Counted from the stretch's first letter, positions 27,122-39,937 are shown. The stretch is 64,000 bases of DNA from Octopus vulgaris (GCA_951406725.2 OX597818.1:109492001-109556000), one strand, 5' to 3'. Notes: generated from the sequence alone by a model not told the origin. A program made the numbers and translations.

Positions 27122-27132
27122 ATATATATATA
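26371..27132. repeat. Compound (TA)n(CA)n microsatellite, ~760 bp
   Basis: Alternating TA and CA runs; explains the long low-complexity ORFs in the track. Confidence 0.97.
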
Positions 27133-27599
27133 GGGAGAGAGAGAGAAAAAAAAAGAGAGATATTGTTACGAATGAAGAATAATCTGAATATAATTTCAAA
27201 AGGTACTACGCAAGATAGAACTACTGTCCTCTTGTTCAGCAAGGGAAGATAAATAATAAATTAATAATTCTAATGAAAAATAATTTGTTTTGGTCATGTG
27301 ACTTTAAAGTATGCTGCACGTTTTTTTTTTTTGCTTTTTTTTTGTGTGTGGCGGATTATAAATAATAATGAGTGAACACATAGCAGTCAACTGGTGTCAG
27401 GCAGTTGATATCAGACAGTTGATATGGTAGTCTCAGGACCTTTCATGGCAAGTTTGAACATGATTCGTTAACTGGCTTTTGAGTGCATCAAAATATTATT
27501 TTCATTTTGTGAAGTTTGGTAAAGAAGTGTTACATGTGTTATGCCTTGAAGCAAACGTATTTTCATTTTGCGAGGTGAAGTTTTGTACAGGAGAATTTT

Positions 27600-29700
27600 A
27601 AATTTGTAAATAGCGACATTGGAAACTGCAAGCAAAAAAATGCTACCAAAAAATAGACCTTCATTTGAAAGAAAGTCTCATAAAGCCAGGGCAATGCAGC
27701 TAAAGAGGGAGACTGAAATGAAGAGCAGCAACATGACAGACTCCAAAAAAAAAAAAAAAAGAACAGTGGAACATAGGCGAAACGGATCAGAAGAACTAAG
27801 ATCAAAAAGACTTGCTGGTGATAGGACAATGAAAGCAACTATTCGCCAAAAGGAATCAGCAGTACAAAACCATCAAGACAGAAAATTGGAATGAAGAAAC
27901 TGAAGCTCAAACAACTCAAAGGCTATGTGAATAGAGAGCAAGAATAGAAGATTTACAATTTAAAAACATTGCAGAGTGGTACTTTTCCGCTTTTGGTTAC
28001 AACCCACATCAAGACTATGCCTCAGAACTTTAAGTTCAAATTTCTTTGATGAACAAGATTTGTGGTGCTAAAAAATGGAAAGGTGACTCACCTGGATTGT
28101 GCTGTTCAAATGGAAAGATCAAGTTGGAACTATTATCTGAACTACAAGAACCTGTGAGGGGACTGTTGATTCATACAACTACTGAATCAAGACATTTTCT
28201 TTGAAATATACATAAGTACAATAATGCATTCCAAATGACATCATTTGGTGCAACTGTCATCCATGACTTAAGAAGCATCAGATGTGGTGTGCAAGAGAGA
28301 CGGATGTGCTGGTATGGTCATGTGTTGTGTATGGATAAGGACAGCTGTGTGAAAAAGTGTCAAACCCTATCAATAGAGGGAACCTATGGAAGAGGTAGAC
28401 CAAGGAAGACCTGGGATGAGGTGGTGAAGCACAACCTTCGAACGTTGGGCGTCATTGACGCGATGACAAGTGAGACCTTTGGAGATATGCTGTGCTTGAG
28501 AAGACCCAGCAAACCAAGTGAGACCGTAACCATGGCCTATGCCAGTGCAACATAACCAACCCATTTAAGAGTACTCTTCAATCATTGGGCAATAAAATGT
28601 GCTTGCGAAGACCAGTTGAGGCAAGTGAAATCATTGTTGTGGTCGATGGCACATAAAAAGCACCATTCGGGCATGGCTGATGCCCATGCCGCCTGACTGG
28701 TCCCATGCTGGTGGCATCTAAAATGCACCATTCATGTATGGTCAATGCCAGTACTGCCTGGCTGGCCCTCATGCCGGTGGCATGTAAAAAGCACCCATTA
28801 CACTCTCGGAGTGGTTGGCATTAAGAAGGGCATCCAGCTGTAGAAACTTTGCCAGATCGGATGGGAGCCTGGTGCAGCCTTCTGGCTTGTCAGCCCTCAG
28901 TCAACCCGTCCAACCCATGCCAGCATGGAAAGCAGACGTTAAACAATGATGATGATGAAGGTGGTTTTATGCCCACTTTCAAGTGTACCATAGAACTGGA
29001 TCACTTCAACCACTTTCAGAAGAACCAAAATATTTACAATTGTATATCATTGGTGATATGAAGACCCAAGCACAGACAAGATATGAAAGGAATAAAGAAA
29101 CAAAGTATGAATTCATATTACAACTACAAGATATGTTACATACAAGAAAAAGCTATATCAGAAGTTTCAAATATGCCCTAGCAAATACGCCTGAAGAACT
29201 CAAAGTAGTGATAAATGCTGACAAGAGACCATCAGGAGAGCATTCCTACTGCTATAATACACCTGAATGAAGTTGCTATTGTAATATCTGAAGAAAAGCA
29301 TGGTGTGACATAATCCTTCATGGGAGAGAAAATCAATTACAGAGAATAAAGGAAACACATTGCTCTTATGATGCTCTCCAATACCCTTTAATTTATGAGA
29401 ACGGGGAAGATAAATACCATTTTAAAATCCCTCAAAAGGATGAGAATGATAATACCAGAAAGACAGTTTTATGTATAGATTTTTACTCCTACCATTTTAT
29501 GGTTCATCAAGGCAATTTAAACTCACTCCACAAATGTGAAATTTGTTCCATCAATTTGCTATGGACATGTATACAAAAGTTGAGGTGGAAGGATTAGTAT
29601 TCATAAGATCCCACCAGAAAGAATTAAGTTCTGAGTCATACATTCATTTATGTGATGGCATCAATAACGAAGTTGCTGCTGAAGACGGGCACACATTTAT
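27600..29700 (+). mobile_element. Decayed Helitron Rep (Helitron_like_N region), interrupted by an RTE insertion
   Basis: CGAKKWKGDSPGLCCSNGKI, KYNNAFQMTSFGA, GGFMPTFK, YHRTGSL..P.YLQLY, ADKRPSGEH, SYDALQYPLI, LFHQFAMDMYTKVE. Confidence 0.9.
28266..28958 (+). mobile_element. 5'-truncated RTE LINE (ORF end plus 3' UTR) inserted in the Helitron
   Basis: ERRMCWYGHVLCMDKDSCVKKC..IEGTYGRGRPRKTWDEVVK followed by the modular 3' UTR and (GAT)n. Confidence 0.85.
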
Positions 29701-31647
29701 TTGGTTGTATGAAAAATTTTTGAATGAAATCTCATTATCTTCGACCTGGGCAATGCCATGTATTTCTGCTAGTATACATCATCATCATCATCATCGTTTA
29801 ACATCCGCTTTCCATGCTGGCATGGACTGAACGGTTTGACTAATGGCTGTCAAGCCAGAAGGCTGCACCAGGCTCTAATTTGATCTGGCAAGGGTTTTAC
29901 AGCTGGATGCCCTTCCTAATGCCAACCACTCCGAAAGTGTAGCAGATGATTTAAGTACCACCAGTACAGGAGCCAGTCAGGCAGTACTGGCATCAACCAC
30001 ACTCAACAAGTCTTTGCAAGCGCAGTTTATTGCCCAGTGATTGAAGGGTACTCTTAAATGGGCTGGTTATACTGCACTGGCATAATTTCATAGGTTAGAC
30101 AGTTCCATGGAAAGTGACAAGTGAGGAGATTGCACCAAACCCTGCTGTCTACTTGGACATGGTTTCTGCAGCTGGATGTCCTTCCCAATGCTAACCACTT
30201 TAAAGAGCATACTGGGTCCTTGTTAAGTAGCACAATCAACAGTGAGATCACCAAATAACTTGCAAGACAAGAGCCTTCAACTGAGTAGGGGAGTAGTATT
30301 GAGGGACAGAAAAAAAGAGTCTTGCATTAGAGGGAAATATTGCTGCCTCAGACGTTGAGATAGGGGAGGGTGAGAGAGGAGAGAGAAGACAGCGAAGATA
30401 TGAGAGTGAGTGGACTGGGAATTAGAGAGGGTGAATGGGGGAGTTTATGAGATTGCAAAATGTAAAGTGGCAGATGGAGGAGGGTGTAATGAGTGGGTAA
30501 AGGTAAAGGGAGGGAGATGGGAGAATGTCTTTTAGAAGAGATTCAACAGGGGCATATTATGCAGGTAGGTACAAAAGAGAGTGGGGGAATGCAGTGGGTG
30601 GTGGAAAGGGAGTGTTGGGAAGATGGGTTGAGGGGGGGGGCGGTCTGTTAGGAGGACAGATTTTTGTGCAGGAAGGGAGGAAGCGGAGCACAGACGTAAA
30701 GAACATACCTTTATGGCCTCAATTTTATTTAGTTAGATGAGTCTTCTCAAGCATAGCAAATCAATAATTTCTCATGAGACATTTTGTGCTGTATATTAAT
30801 GTCCAAGTGTGCACAAACATGTTAAACAGATAGCACACAATTATACCTCAATCAAACCTGCTTAGTACACCTCTATACTAGAAGAGACACTAGCTAGTGT
30901 TTCCACCAGTAAATATTAAAGTGGAAAAATCTAATGTAGAAACAAAGAGCACAGTATGTATATTGTATTGTAATCAATATACTGACTAATAATCACAGAG
31001 TAGACAACATAGTCACAGAAATTACCCCAAGGCTTTCATATTCAAAGGACTCTGGTATACACGTTTGTGTGTAACAGAATGAAACTTGAAGTAAAAAATT
31101 TCTCTGTAATTTTGTTATAGATTATTGTAAAAATGTTCACATACTAAGAAAATATATAAGGATAGACAAAGATTAAAAGAAATAGTGGCAGTAAACAAAA
31201 AAGAGATAGAGAGAGAGAATGGAGTAGGCCATTAAAAAACACTACCTTGTAGTGTAAGATTTATAAAAACACAATCTCATAATGAATATAAATCAGCTTT
31301 CTAATTGAATTATGTAGTTGAAATCTTCAATGATAAAAGATGTATAAAGCCACAATATGCAAAAAAAAATAAAAATTGGAATTTTTAAGTACTTTCTAGA
31401 TAGCATAAATTTTAATAATTGCTTTCATTTAGTAAAAAGTTACATACAGTTACATAAAGTTACATAAGCAGCTTTTTTCACTATAATGCATATAGCCGCC
31501 TGCAGGTAACTTTTTTCTATCTTCTAAAGGTAAATACCCCATCTTTACTGTTTTCACAGCTATACTGTGCTTGAAATTTACTTTTACGTCTGTAAAATAC
31601 CAACATATTCAACACTTTCAAAGTCTGTTTATAAAATGTTCTCATAG

Positions 31648-31829
31648 ATGCAGGAATGGCTGTGTGGTAAGTACCTTGCTTACCAACCACATGGTTCCAG
31701 GTTCAGTCCCACTGTGTGGCACCTTGGGCAAGTGTCTTCTACTATAGCCTCAGGCCAACCAAAGCCTTGTGATTGGATTTGGTAGACGGAAACTGAAAGA
31801 AGCCCGTCATATATATATATATATATATG

Positions 31830-31903
<74 letters not shown>

Positions 31904-32080
31904 CATGTATATGTTTGTGTGTCTATGTCTGTCCCCACAACCTCGCTTGACAACCGATGCTGGTGTCACTTAGTTCAGGCATGATAGAATAAGTACTAGG
32001 CTTACAAAGAATAAGTCCTGGGGTCGATTTGCTTGACTAAAGGCGGTGCTCCAGCATAGCCACAGTCAAATGACTGAGTA
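31648..32080 (+). mobile_element. CORE-type tRNA SINE with internal microsatellite
   Basis: GCAGGAATGGCTGTGTGGTAAG, GGTTCAGTCCC, CORE-like CCTTGGGCAAGT; related copy at 33330-33815. Confidence 0.8.
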
Positions 32081-32510
32081 TCTGCTACAACTGTGATTTT
32101 GCTCGGCTTGATGGGTCTTCTTCTCAAGCATGACAAAATGCCAAAGGTCTTGGTCATTGCCTCTGTGAGGCCCAATACTCGTGAACTCAGCCACTTTGCC
32201 TCCACAAAGCTCAACACTCGAAAGGAACTCAGCGACTTTGCCTCCGTGAGGCACAATGTTTGAAAGGAACTCAGCCAATTTGCTTCTGTGAAGCACAACG
32301 CTCAAAAGGAACTCAGCCACTTTGCCTCCATGAGGCACAACACTCGAAAGGCACTCAGTCACTTTGCTTCCGTCAGGCCCAACGTTCAAAGGATGTTCTT
32401 TACATGCCACCAGCATGGGTGCACTTCCCTTGACAGGTCCTCTCAAGCACAGCACATCGCCAAAGGTCTCGGTCAGCAGTCATTGCCTCTGTGAGGCTCA
32501 AAGTTCGAAC
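32080..32510 (-). mobile_element. RTE 3' region with ~42-nt tandem units
   Basis: About five copies of GGAACTCAGCCACTTTGCCTCCGTGAGGCACAACACTCGAAA flanked by RTE-end sequence. Confidence 0.7.
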
Positions 32511-34265
32511 ATCATGAGCTACTAATGGCTCAGGGATGAAAACGACACAAACGACATTTTATAACACGTCTGGTACCTTCATGCAATCTTCATGTGTGTG
32601 AACATCATCGGCACCAAGCTAGGACAACTCATGAGACCAAGGTAACCTTTCTATAGCAAAATTAGTGCTGGTTACTTGTTGTTCCTGCCAGTGAGGTCTC
32701 ATCAGTTTGTCGCATGGTTAGCCTTCAGGAGTTGCAGATGGTAGTCATTTTCAGTTGAATGAACTGGAGTTAAGTGCCTTAGGACAGAATGCAACACTTA
32801 AGTACGGGAATTGGAACACTGACCTTATGATTGTGAGCCCAAATACTAATCATTAACCTATGCACCTTGAAACTTTGGCCCGAGTCTAAATAACGGTCAA
32901 AAAATAATTGTGGTCACGCGACATGCAAAAAATAGCGGCAAACTCTCCTTTGAAGTGGGGAATGATTACACACCCTTAAAAAGACAAGCTGGTAGTGGCT
33001 GGGATGTCATTGATCCACATATTCGCACAATAGGAGTGAAAACATTTGTTTTTAGGGGAAATAATAAGTTTATCAAGGGGAATAACTTTTGCATATGAAA
33101 CTTGTATACAATAAGTTATTATGGAATGTGTAAAGGGAGAGAACTTTTACTAAGTTATCTCCCTTGTGTGTAAAATATATAAAATTCATTTTTGTAAAGA
33201 ATCTTTTTGCTCCAAAAGAGATTTTAGTCGCTTTCATATATCAGTTACTTGTTTCAAGAAGATAAATATAATATTTCAGGGAATTATCATTCACCTTACA
33301 AATTAGTTATATAAAATAGATAATCATAGGCGCAGGCGAGGCTGCGTGTTAAGAAGCTTGCATCCAACCACATGGTTCAGGGTTCAGTCCCCTTGTGCAA
33401 CACCTTGGGCAAGAGTCTTCTATTATAGACTCAGACCAACCAAAGCCTTGTGAGTGGATTAGTAGACGGAAACTGAAAGAAGCCTGTCTGGCAGTAGAAA
33501 ACCATGTCAAACCAGACTTGGGTTTGATGCAGCCTTCCAGTGTGCCAGCCCAGTCAAACCATCCAACCTATGCCAGCATGGACAATGGACATTAAATGAT
33601 GATGATGATGATATCTGTATGTGTCTATGTTTGTTCTCCTACCATCACTTGACAACCAATGTTGGTGTGTTTATATCCCTGTAACTTAGCGGTTTAGCAA
33701 AAGAGACTGACAGAATAAGTACCAGGCTTACAAAGAATAAGTCCTGGGAGCGATTTCTTTGACTAATAGGCAGTGCTTCAGCATGACCACAATCAAAATG
33801 ACTGAAACAGATAAAAGAATAACAGAATAATATAATATACACTTCGTTCTCCAATATATGGTTTATTTGCTGAAGTTGAAGACCAGTATTCAGCAAAAGC
33901 TGTGCCTATAATATATTCGCTTCAAATTTTGGCACAAGGCCAGCAGTTTTGGGGGTAGGGTTAAGTTGATTACATCGCCCCGTGTGCTCAACTAGTACTT
34001 ATTTTATCGACCCTGAAAGAATGAAAGGCAAAGTCGTCCTCGAGGGAATTTGAACTCAGAACATAAAGACAGAGAAAATGCCGCTAAGCACGTTAACAAT
34101 CCTGCCAGCTCACCACCTTAGCTATGCCTATAATATATTGTTATATGTGTATCTGCTGGAGCATTTATGAACATTTTCAAATAACACTTCTGTATGAGAC
34201 TGATAGAAATGTGCAGATAAATTGTAATTAAGGATACTTAGTTATCTGTTTTTCATAGATATATA

Positions 34266-34695
34266 TCATCATCATCGTCATTTAACGTCCGTTTTCCATG
34301 CTAGCATGGGTTGGACGGTTCAACCGGGGTCTGGGAAGTCAGGAGGCTGCACCAGGCTCCAGTCTGATCTGGCAGTGTTTCTACAGTGTGATACCCTTCC
34401 TAACGCCAACTACTCCGTGAGTGTAGTGGGTGCTTTTTACGTGCCACCGGCACAGGTGCCAGGGGAGGCTGGCAACAGCCACGCTCGGTTGGTGCTTTTT
34501 ACGTGCCACTAGCATGGAAGCCAGTCAAGGTGGTACTGGCATCGACCACATACGGATGGTGCTTTTTACATGCCACTGGTACAGGTGCCAGGGGAGGCTG
34601 GCAATGGCCACAATCGGCTGGTGGTTTCCACGTGCCACCGACACGGAAGCCCACCGACACGGATAGCCAGTCTAGGCAGCGCTGGCATCGGCCAT
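34266..34695 (-). mobile_element. RTE 3' tail with tandem modules
   Basis: Reverse complement of the family at 11270-12097. Confidence 0.8.
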
Positions 34696-34968
34696 ACATA
34701 TATGATGGGATTCTTTTAGCTTCTGTCTACCAAATCCACTCACAGGGCTTTGGTTGGCCATGCAGTAGGACTGAACCTGGAACTATGAGGTTGGGAAGCA
34801 AGCTTCTTACCACACAGACACTCATGAATTGTTGTTGCTCACTACACATTAACATTAGTTATCCTAAGATTAATAAACTGAAAGATGTACTTTCAAACCT
34901 AAACACTCCGAACACACACAACAGATTAGCTACATATTTAATTAAGAATCTTTGTTTTCTCCACTTAC

Positions 34969-35024
34969 CCAAATGCTCCACGGCTTATTGGTTTAATGAA
35001 TGAAAAATCTTCAATTTGCGGAAT
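34969..35024 (-). CDS. MASTL: Greatwall/MASTL kinase exon, start of kinase subdomain I (IPQIEDFSFIKPISRGAFG)
   Basis: Acceptor TATTATTTCAG| and donor TTTGG|GTAAGT (phase 2). The peptide matches the KPISRGAFG motif of Greatwall/MASTL (human PPSIEEFSIVKPISRGAFGKV), and the short acidic N-terminus fits Greatwall rather than MAST1-4. Confidence 0.9.
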
Positions 35025-35344
35025 CTGAAATAATAGAGAAAATTTACAATGGATAAAGAGTACATATTTTTTTATAAGAGTTAATACTGGCAAGATAAAG
35101 CTTTTGTCAATTAATAGTCATAGACAGCCATTCCTTCCATTCATTGCTTTGGACAAAGCTACAGTATTCAACTTCTTCACTGACCAAGGATCTCTCTTGG
35201 AACAAATATGTTCAGTCCATTACAATGTCAGATGTCAAGAAGGTTTGATCTCACTTTCATGCTCGCAAACTTTTGCTACACCTTTACCACTACAAGATTA
35301 TAGTGTTCTTGAGCAAAACACTTCATTCAGTTCTGTATCTAAGA

Positions 35345-35790
35345 GATGAGGAATTATGTACATTATTTACATTGTCTACATTTGACGGATATTTGTCCTC
35401 ATCTTGTTTATTGTTAACACAATGTTTCGGCTGATATACCTTTCAGCCTTAGTCAGGTGTCTTGAGGAAATTTCGAACCTGGGTTCTCATTCCTAAGGTA
35501 TTTTTCAATGTTGTTATTAATATCATTATTATTATTATTATTCAGAAATCGAACTCAGAATCTTGGGGTTAGTGGCCTGCGCTCTTAACCACTATGCCAT
35601 ATGCCTGTGGGTAATTATGGAGTGAATTTTAGGGTTTATAAATCTAATATTCTCCTATCCTTCATATCTGCACTCAGTCTGCTTAGGAGGTTGTTGTGTC
35701 CTAGCATATGTGCTGTTTCTTTTAGTTTTCCTATTTTCCAGTGGTGTTCTTTGTCTATTATTTTAACTTCATCCCTATGTTGCTCCAGTC
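35345..35790 (-). mobile_element. Penelope-like remnant (GIY-YIG C-terminus, decayed minimal hammerhead, embedded tRNA-like head)
   Basis: DEVKIIDKEHHWKIGKLKETAHMLGHNNLLSR; hammerhead-like fold at 35417-35460. Confidence 0.65.
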
Positions 35791-36085
35791 TACTCAGCTG
35801 TAAACTAATAAAACTGGGATGGACCCACCTTCCAATCAGTGGAGATGTTGATCTGTTTGCCTAGCTAAAATGATGCAAAGTGCATTGTGACCAGCAATGT
35901 ATAACAACATCCAATAGTATGGTAAATCATGTGATCATGTGATACTTTAATCTAAGAAAAAAATTACCTTCTGTTACAACATATAAAATGAACGCGTCAG
36001 GAAAACATTATGATGCATTTAGGATTACTAACCTTAAATTATGCAAAAATAAAATAAAATCAATAACCAAATAAGTTGAGCATAC

Positions 36086-36190
36086 CTTCTTCACAGAAGT
36101 GTCCTTTACTTCTTCTTCATCATCACCTTCAAATGCACTGGAATTATCTTTTCCAGTGGAACTATCAGAGCCACTTATACTCTCAGACAT
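36086..36190 (-). CDS. MASTL: Greatwall/MASTL kinase, first coding exon (MSESISGSDSSTGKDNSSAFEGDDEEEVKDTSVKK); exon starts at 36196
   Basis: Acceptor TTTTTTTTTTAATTGCTAG|GTAATTATG and donor AAGAAG|GTATGC (phase 0). Splices in frame to the kinase exon at 35024. Confidence 0.8.
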
Positions 36191-36319
36191 AATTACCTAG
36201 CAATTAAAAAAAAAACACACAGATTATACATATATGTATGAAAGTTTTGTTTTTAGCATTATATTATGTTTTGGCATTATATCATATCATATTATAAAAC
36301 GCCATTAACAAAGTAAACA

Positions 36320-37640
36320 GATGCTAGATGCATTACAAACTCCACACAAAAATGCTTCTATTTTTCATATCCATTAGCATTTCTACTCGGAATTCTCCAC
36401 TATACACGTTGCCAACCCTCATCTTACTGACAGCATCCCTGTACAGAGCTTGTACAGCTTTTACCAACCACTCATCTATCCCCAGTTTCCACACTGACCA
36501 TCAGACAAGGGATCGAGGGACCCTGCCAAAGGCTTTCCCCAAGTACAAAGGTTTATCTTTGGCTAGATATTTCTCCTGCAGTTGCCTTACCAGAAATATA
36601 GCATCAGTGGTGCTTCTGATGTCACACAACCAAATTGCATCTCACTTAGGTTAACTCTCTCCCTAATTAGTTGGGCTATGACCTTCTCTGTAACTTTCAT
36701 CCCCTGATCCAATAATATGACACCTCTGTAGTTATATCTATCTAAAGCATCACCTTTACCTTTGTCGCACTTGACTATGGTGCTGCTACACCAGTCATTG
36801 GGTATGACTTCTTTATGAACTACCTGATTTATGATGTGGGTAACAAGACCATAACCCACACTGCCCGATATTTTAAGCATCTCAGCGATGATTCCTGATA
36901 GGCCAGGTGCTTTCCCTGTCTTCATATCCTTAATTGCTTTATCTGCCAGGGTACTTTTGATTCAGGTAGCTGGTCCCTCGAGTGGATCAACCTTTGGCAA
37001 ACTCTCCTCCTCCCATTTATTCTCCACATTCAGCAGTCTTTTAAAACAGCATCTCCAAACCTCTTTCTTTGCAGAATCATTAAACACAAGGGCACCATCA
37101 TCCATGTTGACACATTTCTCTCATACACTGTCTTGCAATCCGAAATACTTCAGTTCTTTGGTCCTCATGTCACTGAACATTGGCAAACTTCTTTTCTGCT
37201 ACTCCATTGGCTATATATACCTGTCTCCAAGCTTCCCTTTTGGCTACATGATACATTCTCCTGCTGCTCCTACTCTTCCAGGCATTTCAGGCCTGCTTCT
37301 TTGCCCTGTCTACAGTATTGTTCCACCACCAGGTTATCCTAGGTCTGGAAGGGGCTTTGCACCAACCACAGATTTGGTCTGTGGCACTCAGCAAGCTGTC
37401 TCGCAGGAATTCCCAGCTGCATCTATGTCACAGGACTGTAGCTCCTCCTCCCTATCATCAAAATTCTAGGTAAGGACATCCCTAAATCTCTGACCATGGG
37501 AAGGGTTCTTAAGCTTCCAAGTGTTTCCTTTCCAGATCGGTCTGCTTTTTAGCATCTTTCTGTCCTCAAGTCTAAAGTCACTAAAAACTAGTCTATGCTT
37601 GTGGGGGGGGGGGGTTACATTCTTCACCAGGGAGGGTCTT
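36320..37640 (-). mobile_element. RTE-clade LINE ORF fragment (RT), frameshifted
   Basis: MKTGKAPGLSGIIAEMLK..IPNDWCSSTIV..KGKGDALDRYNYRGVILLD..MQFG. Confidence 0.9.
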
Positions 37641-37817
37641 TGTGTGTGTGTGTGTATGTGTATATATATATTATATATATATATATAGAAATTATGAATA
37701 AGGGCAAAAAGAAAAAAATTTGCCCTTATTTATAATTATCCCCTTAAAATGTATTTTTCATATACTGGCCATTGATAAAATTTTTTGATAAAATTTTATC
37801 CTTATATTAGAGGTGTG

Positions 37818-37849
<32 letters not shown>

Positions 37850-39233
37850 CTAGCATTATGACCCGTCGTTGCTGGGTCATAGTACTAGTGCATGTATATA
37901 TGTGTATATATATGTGTACATATTACATGTACATCTATATATATATACATCTAAATACAAAATTATATCTTGATATCGCTAGTGATAACAATACTTAAAA
38001 TATATAACAGATTGGAATTGTAGGCCCGTCTCTTGCAATTTCGATCAATTGTATCTTTTCCTCCCTCTTGTATAGAAGTGTGGCTACAATCCAGCCTACC
38101 TCTACTTCTGAGAGGACATTTTAAATTTTTATCCGGGACGTCCTACGTCCCAGATATAAAGGTGAAAATAAAATATTTCCACTTTGCAAGTTCGAGTCGA
38201 GTACTCCCTTGCACACTCCGTTGACTCGAACCTTGCTTCTATTGTGGCGAATTTACTGCGACTATCTTTCATAGTTGCATCAAGACACTTTTCAATGGTG
38301 CTTTCCTACAGGTGTTCAAATCTTTTTTTTTCTCTACATTGTATACTTTATAGACAATAGTCTTTTCTCTAATTTAATTTTTTATTTCGTTTGTTGGTGT
38401 TATCCTAAATTCACCATCTTTGTCGGTAATCAATCCGAAATAGGTTTGTATTTCTTCCATTTTAATTTTAATGAGTTCGCGCCCGCCGACGGCTGCAGCG
38501 AAATTCATTTTTGGACTTTCTTCTGTCGAAGGCATTCTAACAAAAATGCTTCCGTGTAAACGGTAAAAATATTGTCAATTTCCCCAAACAGGGATACAAT
38601 TCAATTTTTAAACAATAACCAAAGCTCCTTCTCCCAAAGGGGGAGGGTTACAGTTTACAATTATTTAACAAATGCAACACAACGTTTCCCTTATGAGGAA
38701 CCAACAAACGGGATAAAAATAGTTAAACAGAAATAATAACAACAGTATGCAGTTGAAGCTATAGTCCTTTATGTATAATAGTCCATCTGGACTATTCCAT
38801 TTCTGCATGCTAATTTTATTTTCAATTTATTCCCATTCATGTGAAACCACTTATTCAAGTTCAAGTCATTGATGCAATTTTATACCAATTGCTATTTTTA
38901 CTTTTGTTATGTTACGATTATATTATACTTTAGTTTGATTTTAATTATTACTTACTACATATAATTCAATTGTTATTATTATTTTTATTGTTAAAGTGAA
39001 AGCATCTGACATAAAATAGAGAAATGTTTTTGTTTCACTTTTAACACGTACTACTGAAATAGTGTAGAAGATATGATATTGCTATGGGCTCGCTCTAGGC
39101 AAGAAGTTGAACATTTTTTTTGCCCATGAAACTACATGGACCCTAAGTAAGGCATGTGTAAAATTTGAATGAAACTGGTTGTGTAGTTCTCAAGTTTTTG
39201 GGAAACACACAGACAGACAGACAGACATTCTCA

Positions 39234-39245
<12 letters not shown>
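37850..39245 (-). mobile_element. Non-autonomous Helitron
   Basis: 3' CTAG (37850-37853) with hairpin ATGACCC..GGGTCAT (37858-37880); 5' end TATATAAAACTGAGAATG(TCTG)n. Confidence 0.75.
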
Positions 39246-39282
<37 letters not shown>

Positions 39283-39715
39283 AAGTTTCTTTTAGTTTCT
39301 ATCAACCAAATCTACTCACAGACCCTTGAGCAGAGCTGTACTCCCTTCTTTGTCCTTTCTACTTACTGTCTATGCCCCATCAATAACTTATCCCATTACT
39401 ATCTTACTTATTCCCCCACAACCCACATTTTAACAAATAGTTCATCCTTAGAACTGCAAAATTCAGATAGTTGTTATTTAGCCCAGGTCTGCACTGAGTG
39501 AGTGCCTTCCAGACGAGACCATCATATTATATTTTCAGAGGTACTGTTTCTAGGTCCATATTTTTTGGGCCTGCATTTTTAAGACAGTAACATGTAATTC
39601 GATGGAGAATAGACTGCTATTTCTAGCAATTCAGGCGACTATGAAGAAAATACCTCATTACTAGTGTCTGTGTGTGTACACTAGCGATGTTACGGTACAA
39701 GTACCGGCGTACTTC

Positions 39716-39937
39716 CGGAAGTACCAGATACATTTAAAAAAAGTGTTGTTTTTTTATATATGGGGGATTAGGGTTTGTGTTAGGGGTGGGAGAAAAGGGT
39801 TTCTGTTACCTTCAGAAATGTAAACAAAGTCACGTGTGTACATATACCGAAGCATCGCCACATACCCTAACAGAAACCCTAACCCTCCCCCCCTATATTA
39901 AAATAAACACTTTTTTGAAATGTATCTGGTACTTCCG
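39716..39937. mobile_element. Fold-back MITE with TTAGGG/CCCTAA motifs
   Basis: TIR CGGAAGTACCAGATACATTTAAAAAAAGTGTT / AACACTTTTTTGAAATGTATCTGGTACTTCCG. Confidence 0.75.

Noticed and set aside
26283-27252. 250-320 aa ORFs on both strands
   Set aside because: Translations of the (TA)n(CA)n microsatellite
36888-37469. 193-aa plus-strand ORF
   Set aside because: Antisense shadow of the RTE ORF
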